DNA of 64,000 nt from Polyangiales bacterium. Lineage in GTDB: Bacteria > Myxococcota_A > Polyangia > Polyangiales > JADJQN01. Within the stretch, counting starts at the first letter, position 1, and the number at the start of each line of letters is the position of its first letter. The notes beneath the pieces are model-generated. The model was not told the DNA's origin. It saw only the letters and a list, made by a program, of their open reading frames with translations, and searched no databases. Location of the stretch: assembly GCA_964202905.1 (NCBI GenBank), contig CAXNJO010000002.1, forward strand, positions 32,001-96,000. Direction: 5' to 3'. A program made the position numbers and the translations under genes. Shown here piece by piece: positions 9,628 through 18,364 of the stretch.

Positions 9628-12344
9628 GCCGCACGCGCGCAGCGGGCGCGCCGCTTGCGCGCGCTCGCGGGCGCCGCGCTCGCAGGCCTGCTCCTCGGCG
9701 CGAGCTGCGGCGGCCCGCCGACGACGCACCTGCGCCTCGGCGCGCTCGTCGCGGCGCGCCGACGAGGCCGAGCCCGCGGCGCGCGTCGGCGGCGTCGCCG
9801 CGCAAGAGGGCGACTGGATCCTCGAAGGTCCCACGCTGCGCGTCGTCGTCGGCGGGCTCGCGCCTCGAAGGCGAGCTGCGCGGCGCTCTCCTCGAGGCTT
9901 CGGCCGCGGGCGCGACCGACGAGGAGAGCCTCGTCCTGCTCTCGCCGCGCCTCCACGTCGGCAAGCGGCGCCATGTCGTGCGGGCGACGCGCATGGTCGC
10001 GCTCGAGCGCGCGGGGCGCCCCGTGCTCCGCATCGACGGCGAGGCGCGCGTGGCCGGCGACCTCGTCGATGTCGCGCGCGAGCTGACCATCGGGCGCTCG
10101 GGGCGCGATGTCTCGATGACGACGCGCATCGCGCCGCGCGACGCCGGCGTGCTCCGGGCGCGGGCCGGGGCGCGCGTCGGCTGGGGAGGCGCGACGCCGT
10201 GGCTCCCAGGCGCGGGCCACGTCGACGACGCGCTCTGGCACGACGGCCCCTTCATCGCGGGCGAGGGGCGCAGCGCGGGCACGGTGTTCGGTGTACACGA
10301 CGGCCCCGTGCGCATGCTCGCCGAGTACGAGACGCACGGCCAGACGCGCTTCCTGCTGCACACCGAGGTCATCGGCCCCGAGCGCGCCGCGACCACGCGC
10401 GCCCCCGCCTACGAACGCACGACGCTCGCGATCGCCCCACGCGGCATAGCGGAGGCGGCGCGTCGCTTCGGCTGGGCCCGCGGCGCGCCCTTCCCCGAGG
10501 TGCGCGTGATTCTGCCCTACGCGCCCGCGGGCGCCGAGCTGCGCGTCGCGACGGCCGACACGCGCCTCCCCGTCATGCGCGCACGCCCCGACGCGCTCGG
10601 CACCGCCATGGTGCCCCTGCCGCCGCTCGACGCGCATCCCGACACGGCCCTCGTCGCGACCGCGACGGCGCCCGGCCACGCGACGAGCGAGCCCGTCGCC
10701 TTCGCCGCGCGCGGCGTGCGTGGACCCCTCGTGCTCGAGATCCCGCGCGGTGGACGCATCCGCATCGCAGCGCGCGACGCCGCGACGGGCCTGCGCATCC
10801 CGGCGCGTGCGCGCATCGTCGGCGAGCGCGGCACGCCCTCGCCCTCCCTCGGCCCCGACTGGTCCGCGAGCGGCGCGGGCGACGCCGTGATCCTCACGCT
10901 CGGCGAGGCCATCGTCCCCGTCCCGAGCGGCCAGTACCGCGTCGTGGTCACGCACGGCCCCGAGTGGACGATGCACGAGGAATCCGTCGCGGTGAGCGAG
11001 ACGTTCCGCCCGGACGTCCAGGCCGCGCTGCGCCACGCGGTCGAGCCCGGCGAGTGGGTGCCGTGCGAGCTGCACCTGCACGCCTCGCCGAGCCCCGACA
11101 GCGAAGTCCCCCTCGACGATCGCGTCGCCTCGCTCATCGCCGAGGGCATCCGCTTCGCCGTGCCGACGGACCACAACATCGTGACGAGCTACGCCCCCTC
11201 GATCGCGCGGCTCGCCCTCGCCCCCGGGACGCTCGGCACCACGAGCGGCCTCGAGGCGACGACGGATCTCCCCGGATACGGGCACTTCAACGCGTTCCCC
11301 GTGCCGCTCGTCGAGGGCGCGCCGGGCAACGGCGCGGCGCCCTTCGAAGCCACGACGCCCACCTCGCTCTTCGCCTCGCTGCGCGCGCTCGGCCCCGATG
11401 TGCTGGTGCAGGTGAACCACCCGCGCCTCGAGGGGGGCATCGGCTACTTCGAGCGGATGGGGTACGCGGGCGCGACGGGCGCCGCGCTCGGCCCCTACAG
11501 CGACGACTTCGATCTGCTCGAGGTGTGGAACGGCTACGACCTCGCGCGCCCCGACGCGATGCTCGCCGTGTTCGGCGAGTGGCTCGCGATGCTCGGGCGC
11601 GGGCGCCGCGTGACGGCGACCGGCAACAGCGACTCGCACAAGGTCCGCTACGTGTGGGCGGGCTACCCGCGCACGTACGTCCGCACGCCGGGCGGCAGCA
11701 GCGAGCCCGCGGCGGTGCTCGCGGGCCTGCGCGCGGGGCGCGCCTTCGTGACGAGCGGTCCGTTTCTCGAGGCGACCATCGACGAAGCCGGACCGGGAGA
11801 CACCGCCATCGTGCGCGATGGCATCGCGCGCGTGCGCGTCGTCGTGCGCGCACCTGCGTGGATGGAGGTGACGCGGCTCGAGGTCTGGCACGAGGGCGCG
11901 GTGGTGCGGAGCGAGTCGGTTCCGTCGACGCTGCCCGCAGCAACGGAACCCGACGCGACGCCGACGCGTGCGCGGCGCGACGCCCGCCGGGAGCCCGAAA
12001 GCCCGGTGATTCCCGCCGATCTGCGCTTCGAGACGACGCTCGACGTGCCCATCATGCAAGATGGCTATGTGGTCGTGCTCGTGCGCGGCGAGCGCCCGAT
12101 GGACGTCGCGTTCGGACGCGCGGGCATCCCTCCCCTCGCCTTCACGAATCCCATCTGGCTCGACGTCGGCGGCGACGGCATCGCGTCCGATCCGGGCGAT
12201 CCAGCACCGTCACCGGGCACCTTCGAGGCGGTCGACGCGCAGGGCTCGCGCGACGCGGGCGCAGACACCGACGGCGGCGCAGACACCGACGGCGGCGCAG
12301 ACACCGACGGCGGCGCCGCAGCGACTCCCAGCTCCCCACGTTGA
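9624..12344 (+). CDS. CehA/McbA-family PHP metallohydrolase lipoprotein (5' part frameshifted, ~9650-9870)
   Basis: Motifs ELHLHA, TDHN, GHFN, VNHPR, LEVWNG, GNSDSH and PLAFTNPIWLD. The signal/lipobox LLLGASC and the segment GDWILEGPTLRVVV lie in two other frames. Confidence 0.8.
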   Translation: MSRTRAAGAPLARARGRRARRPAPRRELRRPADDAPAPRRARRGAPTRPSPRRASAASPRKRATGSSKVPRCASSSAGSRLEGELRGALLEASAAGATDEESLVLLSPRLHVGKRRHVVRATRMVALERAGRPVLRIDGEARVAGDLVDVARELTIGRSGRDVSMTTRIAPRDAGVLRARAGARVGWGGATPWLPGAGHVDDALWHDGPFIAGEGRSAGTVFGVHDGPVRMLAEYETHGQTRFLLHTEVIGPERAATTRAPAYERTTLAIAPRGIAEAARRFGWARGAPFPEVRVILPYAPAGAELRVATADTRLPVMRARPDALGTAMVPLPPLDAHPDTALVATATAPGHATSEPVAFAARGVRGPLVLEIPRGGRIRIAARDAATGLRIPARARIVGERGTPSPSLGPDWSASGAGDAVILTLGEAIVPVPSGQYRVVVTHGPEWTMHEESVAVSETFRPDVQAALRHAVEPGEWVPCELHLHASPSPDSEVPLDDRVASLIAEGIRFAVPTDHNIVTSYAPSIARLALAPGTLGTTSGLEATTDLPGYGHFNAFPVPLVEGAPGNGAAPFEATTPTSLFASLRALGPDVLVQVNHPRLEGGIGYFERMGYAGATGAALGPYSDDFDLLEVWNGYDLARPDAMLAVFGEWLAMLGRGRRVTATGNSDSHKVRYVWAGYPRTYVRTPGGSSEPAAVLAGLRAGRAFVTSGPFLEATIDEAGPGDTAIVRDGIARVRVVVRAPAWMEVTRLEVWHEGAVVRSESVPSTLPAATEPDATPTRARRDARREPESPVIPADLRFETTLDVPIMQDGYVVVLVRGERPMDVAFGRAGIPPLAFTNPIWLDVGGDGIASDPGDPAPSPGTFEAVDAQGSRDAGADTDGGADTDGGADTDGGAAATPSSPR
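12261..12316 (+). repeat. 18-bp coding tandem repeat x3 (ADTDGG)
   Basis: gcagacaccgacggcggc repeated three times. Confidence 0.9.
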
Positions 12345-12527
12345 CGGCAGCGCGCACGCGATCACGGCAGCGCGCACGATCACATCCGCGAGGCGCCGAC
12401 CTCGCCGCGCAGCGCCGATGCGACGCCCAAGGCCAGCCGGCTGGCTGTCTGCGAAGGACGATCGGCCAAACGTGCGACGAACCGGCGACGCCAACGCGAC
12501 ACGCGACACGGCCGCGGCCCGACGCGC

Positions 12528-13958
12528 TCAGTCCCCCGGTCGCAGCCGCCCCGCCGCGAGTAGGCGGCGCTCGAGCCGCGCGAGGCGCTTCGCGCTCTCG
12601 GTGGGCGACTCCGCCGGGGCCGCCGCGCGGGCGTGCTCGAGCGCGCGCTCCGGGTCCTTCGCGCGGTGCTCGTAGAGCTTGGCGAGCGCGAGATGCAGCG
12701 CGGCGGTGCCGCCCGTGCCGCCCTGCGCGGCGTCGAGCGCGCGGCGCAGCGCGGCGGCCTCGGCGAGGTCGTCACCGCGCAGCCGCTCGAGCCGCGCGAG
12801 CAGCGACCACGCCTCCGAGACGAGCTCGCAGGAGGCGCCGCCCTCCGCCGCGGCGAGCGCAAAGTCGCGGGCGCGCTCCGGGTCGTCGGCGCGCAGCGCG
12901 ACGTGCGCGAGGCTCAGGTGATCGCGCGGGTCGTCCTCGGGGCGCAGCGCCGCGAAGCGCTCGTGCAGCGCGGCGAGGACGGCGGGGAGCGCGATGAGGT
13001 CGCTCGCGTTGTGCACGACGACCTGGGCGAGCGGCCCGACGTCACCGCCGCGCAGCCAGCCGAGGTACGCCGCGGGGATGTCCGCGCCGGCGATGTCGTC
13101 CTCGCGGTGAAAGCCGAGCACCTCGGCCTCGAGGTGCACGAGGCGCACGGCCTCGAGGCGGCGCTTGAACACGCGGCGCGCGCAGTGGAGCAGGTCGAGG
13201 TGCGGCGGCAGCGGGGGCACCGGCACGCGGTTCATCACGAAGCGCGTGCGCAGCAGCGGCCAGTCGAAGCTCTTGCCGTTGTAGCTGACGAGCATCGAGG
13301 CCCACGCGATGCGCGCAGCGAGCGCGTGCAGGATCGGCCCCTCGGCGCCGAGCCGCGGCAGCAGGAGCTGCTCGACGACGAGTGCGCCCTCCTCGAACCA
13401 CGCGAGCCCCACGAGGAAGGGCAGCGTGCCCGTGCCGCCCGAGAGGCCCGTCGTCTCGGTGTCGATGAAGAGCATGCCGGCGACGTCGCGCCCCTCGAGC
13501 GAGGTGTCGAGCGCGAGCTTCGCGAGGTTCTCCGCGCGCGCCGCGAGCGCCAGCGCGACGGGCGTGCGCCCATGCGCGTGCGCGGGCGCGCAGTGGTGCA
13601 CGACGACGTGCACCTCGCCGTGCGGCGTCGCGCGCGGCGCCCCCGGGAGCGCGCGCTCGGGCGCGGCGAGCGGCGTCGCAGGGCGCAGATCCGCGAGCAG
13701 TGACGCGGCCGTCTCGCGGGCAGCGCGCTCCCTCGCGCGCTCTTCGGCCTGCCGGGCCTGACGCGCCTCGAGCGTGGCGAGCACGCTGCGGAGCTGCGTC
13801 GCGCGCTCGCCTTGAGGCAGCGCACGGAGCGGCGAATCCGGATCGTTCAGGCTGATATCTGCCGCCTTCATGACTGGTGCGTCATGAGTCGGCGCGCGCA
13901 TCGCGCGCGATCCCGGGCCCGCACCCACGAGGCGATCGAGCTTCTTCTTGAGCGACAT
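12528..13958 (-). CDS. mrfB: YprB/MrfB-like RNase H-fold (DEDD) exonuclease with TPR-like C-terminus
   Basis: Motifs FIDTETTGL, SYNGKSFDWP, HLDLLH and HNASDL. Follows a DUF1998 helicase. Confidence 0.85.
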   Translation of the reverse strand: MSLKKKLDRLVGAGPGSRAMRAPTHDAPVMKAADISLNDPDSPLRALPQGERATQLRSVLATLEARQARQAEERARERAARETAASLLADLRPATPLAAPERALPGAPRATPHGEVHVVVHHCAPAHAHGRTPVALALAARAENLAKLALDTSLEGRDVAGMLFIDTETTGLSGGTGTLPFLVGLAWFEEGALVVEQLLLPRLGAEGPILHALAARIAWASMLVSYNGKSFDWPLLRTRFVMNRVPVPPLPPHLDLLHCARRVFKRRLEAVRLVHLEAEVLGFHREDDIAGADIPAAYLGWLRGGDVGPLAQVVVHNASDLIALPAVLAALHERFAALRPEDDPRDHLSLAHVALRADDPERARDFALAAAEGGASCELVSEAWSLLARLERLRGDDLAEAAALRRALDAAQGGTGGTAALHLALAKLYEHRAKDPERALEHARAAAPAESPTESAKRLARLERRLLAAGRLRPGD

Positions 13959-13970
13959 GCGCGCCCCGCC

Positions 13971-16457
13971 TCACTGCTCCGGCAGCACGCCGGCGCTCGC
14001 GAGCACCGCGAGCGCGAGCGCCTTGCGCGGCGGCGCGCCGGGAGCGGCGCTCCCGATCGCGGGTGGCCGCGCGACGTCCGCAGCGCCGCGCGGGAGCGGC
14101 GCGAGCCCCGCCTCCGGACCAATGCACGCGGGGCAGCCATCCGCGCATGCGCAGGCGTCGATGAGCCGCCGCGCGCGCCGCAGGATCGACTCGCGCGACT
14201 CGAAGAGCCGCGGCGCGAGGCCAATCCCGCCCGCCGCGTGATCGTAGAGAAAGACCGTCGGATCGAAGACCGCGCCGGCGTCGGTGCGCCCGGGCGCGCC
14301 GCCCTCGTCGTCGCGGCTGCCGAGCGTCTGCCCGAGGTCGCGCGGGTCGATCATCAGGCCCGCGGACGCGACCGTGTGCAGCGCGTTGCCGATCCCGCGG
14401 ATCGCGTCGACGACGAGCGCGCGCGGGTGCTCCTGCGCGCGCACGAGCTCCTCGGGGAAGGTCAGCCAGAACGACGTCGTGTGCATCTGCATCTCGGGCA
14501 GGCGCACATCGCCGTAGCCGACGTTCTCGTGGGTGTGGAACTTGATCTTCTTGTAGCCGACGACCTTCTCGACGACGTTCACGTCGCCGAGCCCCGCGGC
14601 GAGCCCCGCGCTGCCCTCGCCGGCGAGCTGCACGAACGCGGCGTCCGCCTCCTCGAGCACGGTGACGCTCGTGTACGTCATCGCGTCGGTGTAGTAGTCG
14701 GGCTTGACCTTGCGGACGAAGGCCTTGTGGTTCTCGAAGTCGAGGCGCTCGACCTGGTACTGCTCGGCGTCGTGCTGGTAGATGGCCTGCTCGTGCAGCA
14801 TCGTGTGCGTGCTGCGCCAGTCCATCTCGGCGATGTTCTTGTCCGTCGCGAGATCGATGATGACGAAGTTGTCCCAGCTGAGGCTGCGCAGCGAGACGTG
14901 GTTCGCGGGGTAGGCGTCCGCGGCCCAGTGCCAGGTGGTGCGCCCGTTCGCCGCCGTGACCGCGTGCACGACCTCGTGCTTCGCGAGGAAGTCCATCGCC
15001 TCGCCCACGCTCTCCGCGGGCACGACGCCAAACGTCTCGCCCGCCTCGAAGGGCAGCTCGAAGGCCGCGCACTTCAGGTGCTGCAGGAGAATCTCGACGT
15101 TGTCCGGGTCGATGCGCGCCTCCTCGACGGGCGCGCGCACGAGCGCGTGGGCGTCCTTCGCGACGTACTGATCGAGCGGCGCGCTCGAGGTGACGAGCAG
15201 CGCGAGCGAGCCCTCCTTGCGGCGCCCCGCGCGCCCGAAGCGCTGCCACAGCGAGGCGTGCGTGCCCGGATAGCCGGCGCAGACGACGGCGTCGAGCATG
15301 CCGATGTCGATGCCGAGCTCGAGCGCGTTGGTCGCGACGACGCAGCGGATGGCGCCTGAGCGGAGCTGCTCTTCGATGCGCCGCCGCTGATCGGGGAGGT
15401 AGCCGCCGCGGTACGCGTGGATGGTCGACGGGTCGACCTTGTCGCGCGCGAGCACCTCGCGGAGATACTTGAGCATCACCTCGACGTTGTTGCGCGATTG
15501 CCCGAACACGATCGTCGGCACCTGCGCGCGCACGAGGTCCGCGGCGAGGCGCACGGCGCTCTTGACGTAGCTCGCGCGCAGGCCGAGCTCGGGGTTGAGG
15601 ACAGGCGGGTTGTAGACCATCACACGGCGTGGTCCTTCGGGCGCGCCGCTGTCGGCGACGAGCTCGACGGGGCGACCGACGATGCGCGACGCGTGCTCGC
15701 GCGGGTTTCCGATGGTCGCCGACGCGAGCAGGAAGACGGGCGACGAGCCGTGGAAGCGCGCGACGCGCTCGAGGCGCCGGACGACGTTCGCGAGGTGCGA
15801 GCCGAAGACGCCCCGGTACGTGTGCAGCTCGTCGATGACGACGTAGCGCAAATTCGCGAAGAGCCGCGACCAGGCCGCGTGATGCGGGAGGATGCCCGCG
15901 TGGAGCATGTCGGGGTTCGTGAGAATCACGCCGCTGCGCTCGCGGGCGGCGCGGCGCGCATCGCCGGGCGTGTCGCCATCGTAGGTGATGGCACCGTGAT
16001 CGAGCTGCGCGTCGCGGAGGAGCGCACGCAGCGCCTGCTCCTGGTCGCGCGCGAGCGCCTTCGTGGGGAAGAGATAGAGCGCCCGCGCGCCCGGTTCCTG
16101 CGCGAGCCGCTCGAGAACCGGGAGGTTGAAGCACAGCGACTTGCCGCTCGCCGTGGGCGTCGCGATGACGAGGTCGCGCCCCGCGCGGGCGTGCGCGAGC
16201 GACTCGGCCTGGTGCGCGTAGAGGCGCTCGATGCCGCGCGCCCGCAGCGCGCCGACGACGGGCTCGGGGAGCGTGGGCGGCAACGCCGCGAAGCGCCCCT
16301 CGCGCGGGCGGAGGGGCTCGTCGAGCGCGAAGCAGCGCGCGAGGCCGGCGTCCGCGTGCCAGCCGGCGAGCACGGCGTCGAGGCCGGTCGCGGACGTCCA
16401 GGGGGCGGCGGGCCGCGCGAGCGGGGCGTCGTCCGGGTCCTCGTCGGGGCGTCGCAT
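13971..16457 (-). CDS. mrfA: DEAD/DEAH helicase with DUF1998 (YprA/MrfA/Hrq1-like)
   Basis: Motifs TPTASGKS, DELH, SATIGNP and QRFGRAGR, plus C-terminal CACADGCPAC Zn motif. Confidence 0.9.
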   Translation of the reverse strand: MRRPDEDPDDAPLARPAAPWTSATGLDAVLAGWHADAGLARCFALDEPLRPREGRFAALPPTLPEPVVGALRARGIERLYAHQAESLAHARAGRDLVIATPTASGKSLCFNLPVLERLAQEPGARALYLFPTKALARDQEQALRALLRDAQLDHGAITYDGDTPGDARRAARERSGVILTNPDMLHAGILPHHAAWSRLFANLRYVVIDELHTYRGVFGSHLANVVRRLERVARFHGSSPVFLLASATIGNPREHASRIVGRPVELVADSGAPEGPRRVMVYNPPVLNPELGLRASYVKSAVRLAADLVRAQVPTIVFGQSRNNVEVMLKYLREVLARDKVDPSTIHAYRGGYLPDQRRRIEEQLRSGAIRCVVATNALELGIDIGMLDAVVCAGYPGTHASLWQRFGRAGRRKEGSLALLVTSSAPLDQYVAKDAHALVRAPVEEARIDPDNVEILLQHLKCAAFELPFEAGETFGVVPAESVGEAMDFLAKHEVVHAVTAANGRTTWHWAADAYPANHVSLRSLSWDNFVIIDLATDKNIAEMDWRSTHTMLHEQAIYQHDAEQYQVERLDFENHKAFVRKVKPDYYTDAMTYTSVTVLEEADAAFVQLAGEGSAGLAAGLGDVNVVEKVVGYKKIKFHTHENVGYGDVRLPEMQMHTTSFWLTFPEELVRAQEHPRALVVDAIRGIGNALHTVASAGLMIDPRDLGQTLGSRDDEGGAPGRTDAGAVFDPTVFLYDHAAGGIGLAPRLFESRESILRRARRLIDACACADGCPACIGPEAGLAPLPRGAADVARPPAIGSAAPGAPPRKALALAVLASAGVLPEQ

Positions 16458-16614
16458 GGGCGAGCGCCACTGTACGGATGTGCAAGCGCGCGAGCAACCA
16501 CTGCGTGACGGTGGTGGTCAACGCGCGCGCGCTGCGGTATCCACGGCGCGCGCAGTCACCACGAACACGCCCGCCGCGCCCCGCCCACGGGTCGCCCACT
16601 TCGAGAGGCACTTC

Positions 16615-17796
16615 ATGAAGCACTTCCGTTACGACCACGCCGCCGCGGCCCTCTGCGGCCTGCTCGCGCTCCTCGGCACCGCCACGGTGGCGCGTGCCCA
16701 GACCGTGCTTGCGCCGGGCGACGTCGCCGTCGTCGGGTTCAACATGGACGACGCGCCGGCCGCGGCCGACTCGGTCACGCTGGTCACCTTCGTCGACCTC
16801 GCCGCCGGGACGTCGATCTGGCTCACCGACGCGGGCTACAGCGTCGCCGGCACCTTCCGCACGACGGAGGGCGCCGTCGAGTTCGTCGCGGCCGCCGCGC
16901 TCCCGGCGGGCTCGGTGTTCACGGTGACGATGGACGGAACGGGCGGCACGCCGACCCTCGCGACGAGCGGCGACCAGCTCTTCGTCTTCCAGGGCACGCT
17001 CTCGCTCGGCACGGGCGGAACGGGCGCGCTGATGGGAACGCTCCTCTTCGGCCTCAACGACGACGGCGTCGGCGCCTGGCAGGCCGACTGCACGAGCGCC
17101 AACAACTCCGCGCTGCCGCCCGCTCTCGTCGGGTTCGAGGTCGCCCTCCCCGAGCTCGACAACTACGCGTTCGTCGGCCCCACGAGCGGCACGCGCGAGG
17201 CGCTCCTCGCCGCGGTCCGCGACCCGGCCAACTGGATGGGCACCGACGTGCTCCCCGCGCCCGTGCCGCCCACGATGTTCACCGTCCTCGGCGCATCGAT
17301 GGACGCCGGCGTGCCGCCCGACCTCGGCGCCCCCGACCTCGGCCCGCCCGACCTCGGCCCGCCCGACCTCGGCCCGCCCGACCTCGGCCCGCCCGACCTC
17401 GGCCCGCCCGACCTCGGCCCGCCCGACCTCGGCCCGCCCGACCTCGGCCCGCCCGACCTCGGCCCGCCCGATCTCGGCCCCGACGACCTGGGCCCGCCCG
17501 ACCTCGGCGGCACGGAGACGGACGCCGGCGAGCCGCCCGCCGACCTCGGCGCATGCCGATCGGACCGCGGCCGACCTCGGCACCGCGCCCGCCGACCTCG
17601 GCACCGCGCCCGCCGACCTCGGCACGCCGCCCGCGGACCTCGGCGCCCCCGACGCGGCCGCGCCCGAGCCGCGCCGCGCCGACACCGCGCTCTGCGCGGT
17701 CAGCGTGCGGGCGCCGCGCGCGGCCTCGACGCGCGCCTCGCGCTGGTCGCGCTCACCGCGCTGCTGCTCCCGCTCGCCCGTCGCCGCCGTCGCTGA
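16615..17796 (+). CDS. Secreted surface protein with PPDLG linker and MYXO-CTERM-like sorting tail (compensating frameshifts ~17555 and ~17708)
   Basis: Signal peptide ending ARA-Q and an N-terminal LAPGDVAVVGFN domain. The tail LCAVS...LALVALTALLLPLARRRRR is split over two frames. Confidence 0.75.
   Translation: MKHFRYDHAAAALCGLLALLGTATVARAQTVLAPGDVAVVGFNMDDAPAAADSVTLVTFVDLAAGTSIWLTDAGYSVAGTFRTTEGAVEFVAAAALPAGSVFTVTMDGTGGTPTLATSGDQLFVFQGTLSLGTGGTGALMGTLLFGLNDDGVGAWQADCTSANNSALPPALVGFEVALPELDNYAFVGPTSGTREALLAAVRDPANWMGTDVLPAPVPPTMFTVLGASMDAGVPPDLGAPDLGPPDLGPPDLGPPDLGPPDLGPPDLGPPDLGPPDLGPPDLGPPDLGPDDLGPPDLGGTETDAGEPPADLGACRSDRGRPRHRARRPRHRARRPRHAARGPRRPRRGRARAAPRRHRALRGQRAGAARGLDARLALVALTALLLPLARRRRR
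17314..17508 (+). repeat. 15-bp coding tandem repeat (ccgcccgacctcggc; PPDLG x ~13)
   Basis: Near-perfect 15-mer array, followed by three 21-bp ADLGTAP-type units at ~17570-17645. Confidence 0.95.
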
Positions 17797-17896
17797 CGGC
17801 ACGACGCCGCCGCGCCCGCCCCGCGCCCCGATGCCCGCGCTCCCGACGGCGCACGGTGCTGGCGCCGGCGGGCGCGCGCGCTAGGTTCGCGCCCCC

Positions 17897-18262
17897 GTGA
17901 TCACCGAGATCAGCAAGACCTTCCGCTTCGAGTCGGCCCACCGTCTGCCGCACGTGCCGCCCGGGCACAAGTGCGGCCGCGTCCACGGCCACAGCTACGC
18001 GGTCACGGTGCGCGTGCGCGGCGAGGTCGATCCGCACACGGGCTGGATCGTCGACTTCGCCGCCCTCGCCGAGGCCTGGCAGCCGCTGCACGCGCTGCTC
18101 GACCACCGCCTCCTCAACGACGTCCCCGGCCTCGAGAATCCGACCAGCGAGCACCTCGCCCGCTTCGTCGCCGAGCGGCTCGCCGTGCCCGCGCCGGCGG
18201 TGCTGCACAGCGTCACCGTGGCCGAGACGTGCACGAGCGAGTGCACGGTGTGGCCCGACTGA
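17897..18262 (+). CDS. queD: 6-carboxy-5,6,7,8-tetrahydropterin synthase
   Basis: Motifs FESAHRLP, CGRVHGHSY, LDHRLLN, ENPTSE and VAET. Confidence 0.95.
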   Translation: MITEISKTFRFESAHRLPHVPPGHKCGRVHGHSYAVTVRVRGEVDPHTGWIVDFAALAEAWQPLHALLDHRLLNDVPGLENPTSEHLARFVAERLAVPAPAVLHSVTVAETCTSECTVWPD

Positions 18263-18364
18263 ACGGCGATTCATCGCCGCGCACGCACGCGCGCTGCGCG
18301 ACGCCGGACATGGAAGCGAGCCCCGTGCGGACGCCCATCCCGCAGGCCCTGGCGGAGAGCGCGG

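Noticed and set aside
12528..16457. DUF1998 helicase as DISARM/Druantia-type defence system
   Set aside because: It is paired with a YprB-like exonuclease as in the MrfAB repair module, and no drm genes or methylase are adjacent.
17314..17645. Repeat array as CRISPR
   Set aside because: Contiguous 15/21-bp units without spacers, in frame within a CDS, and no cas genes.
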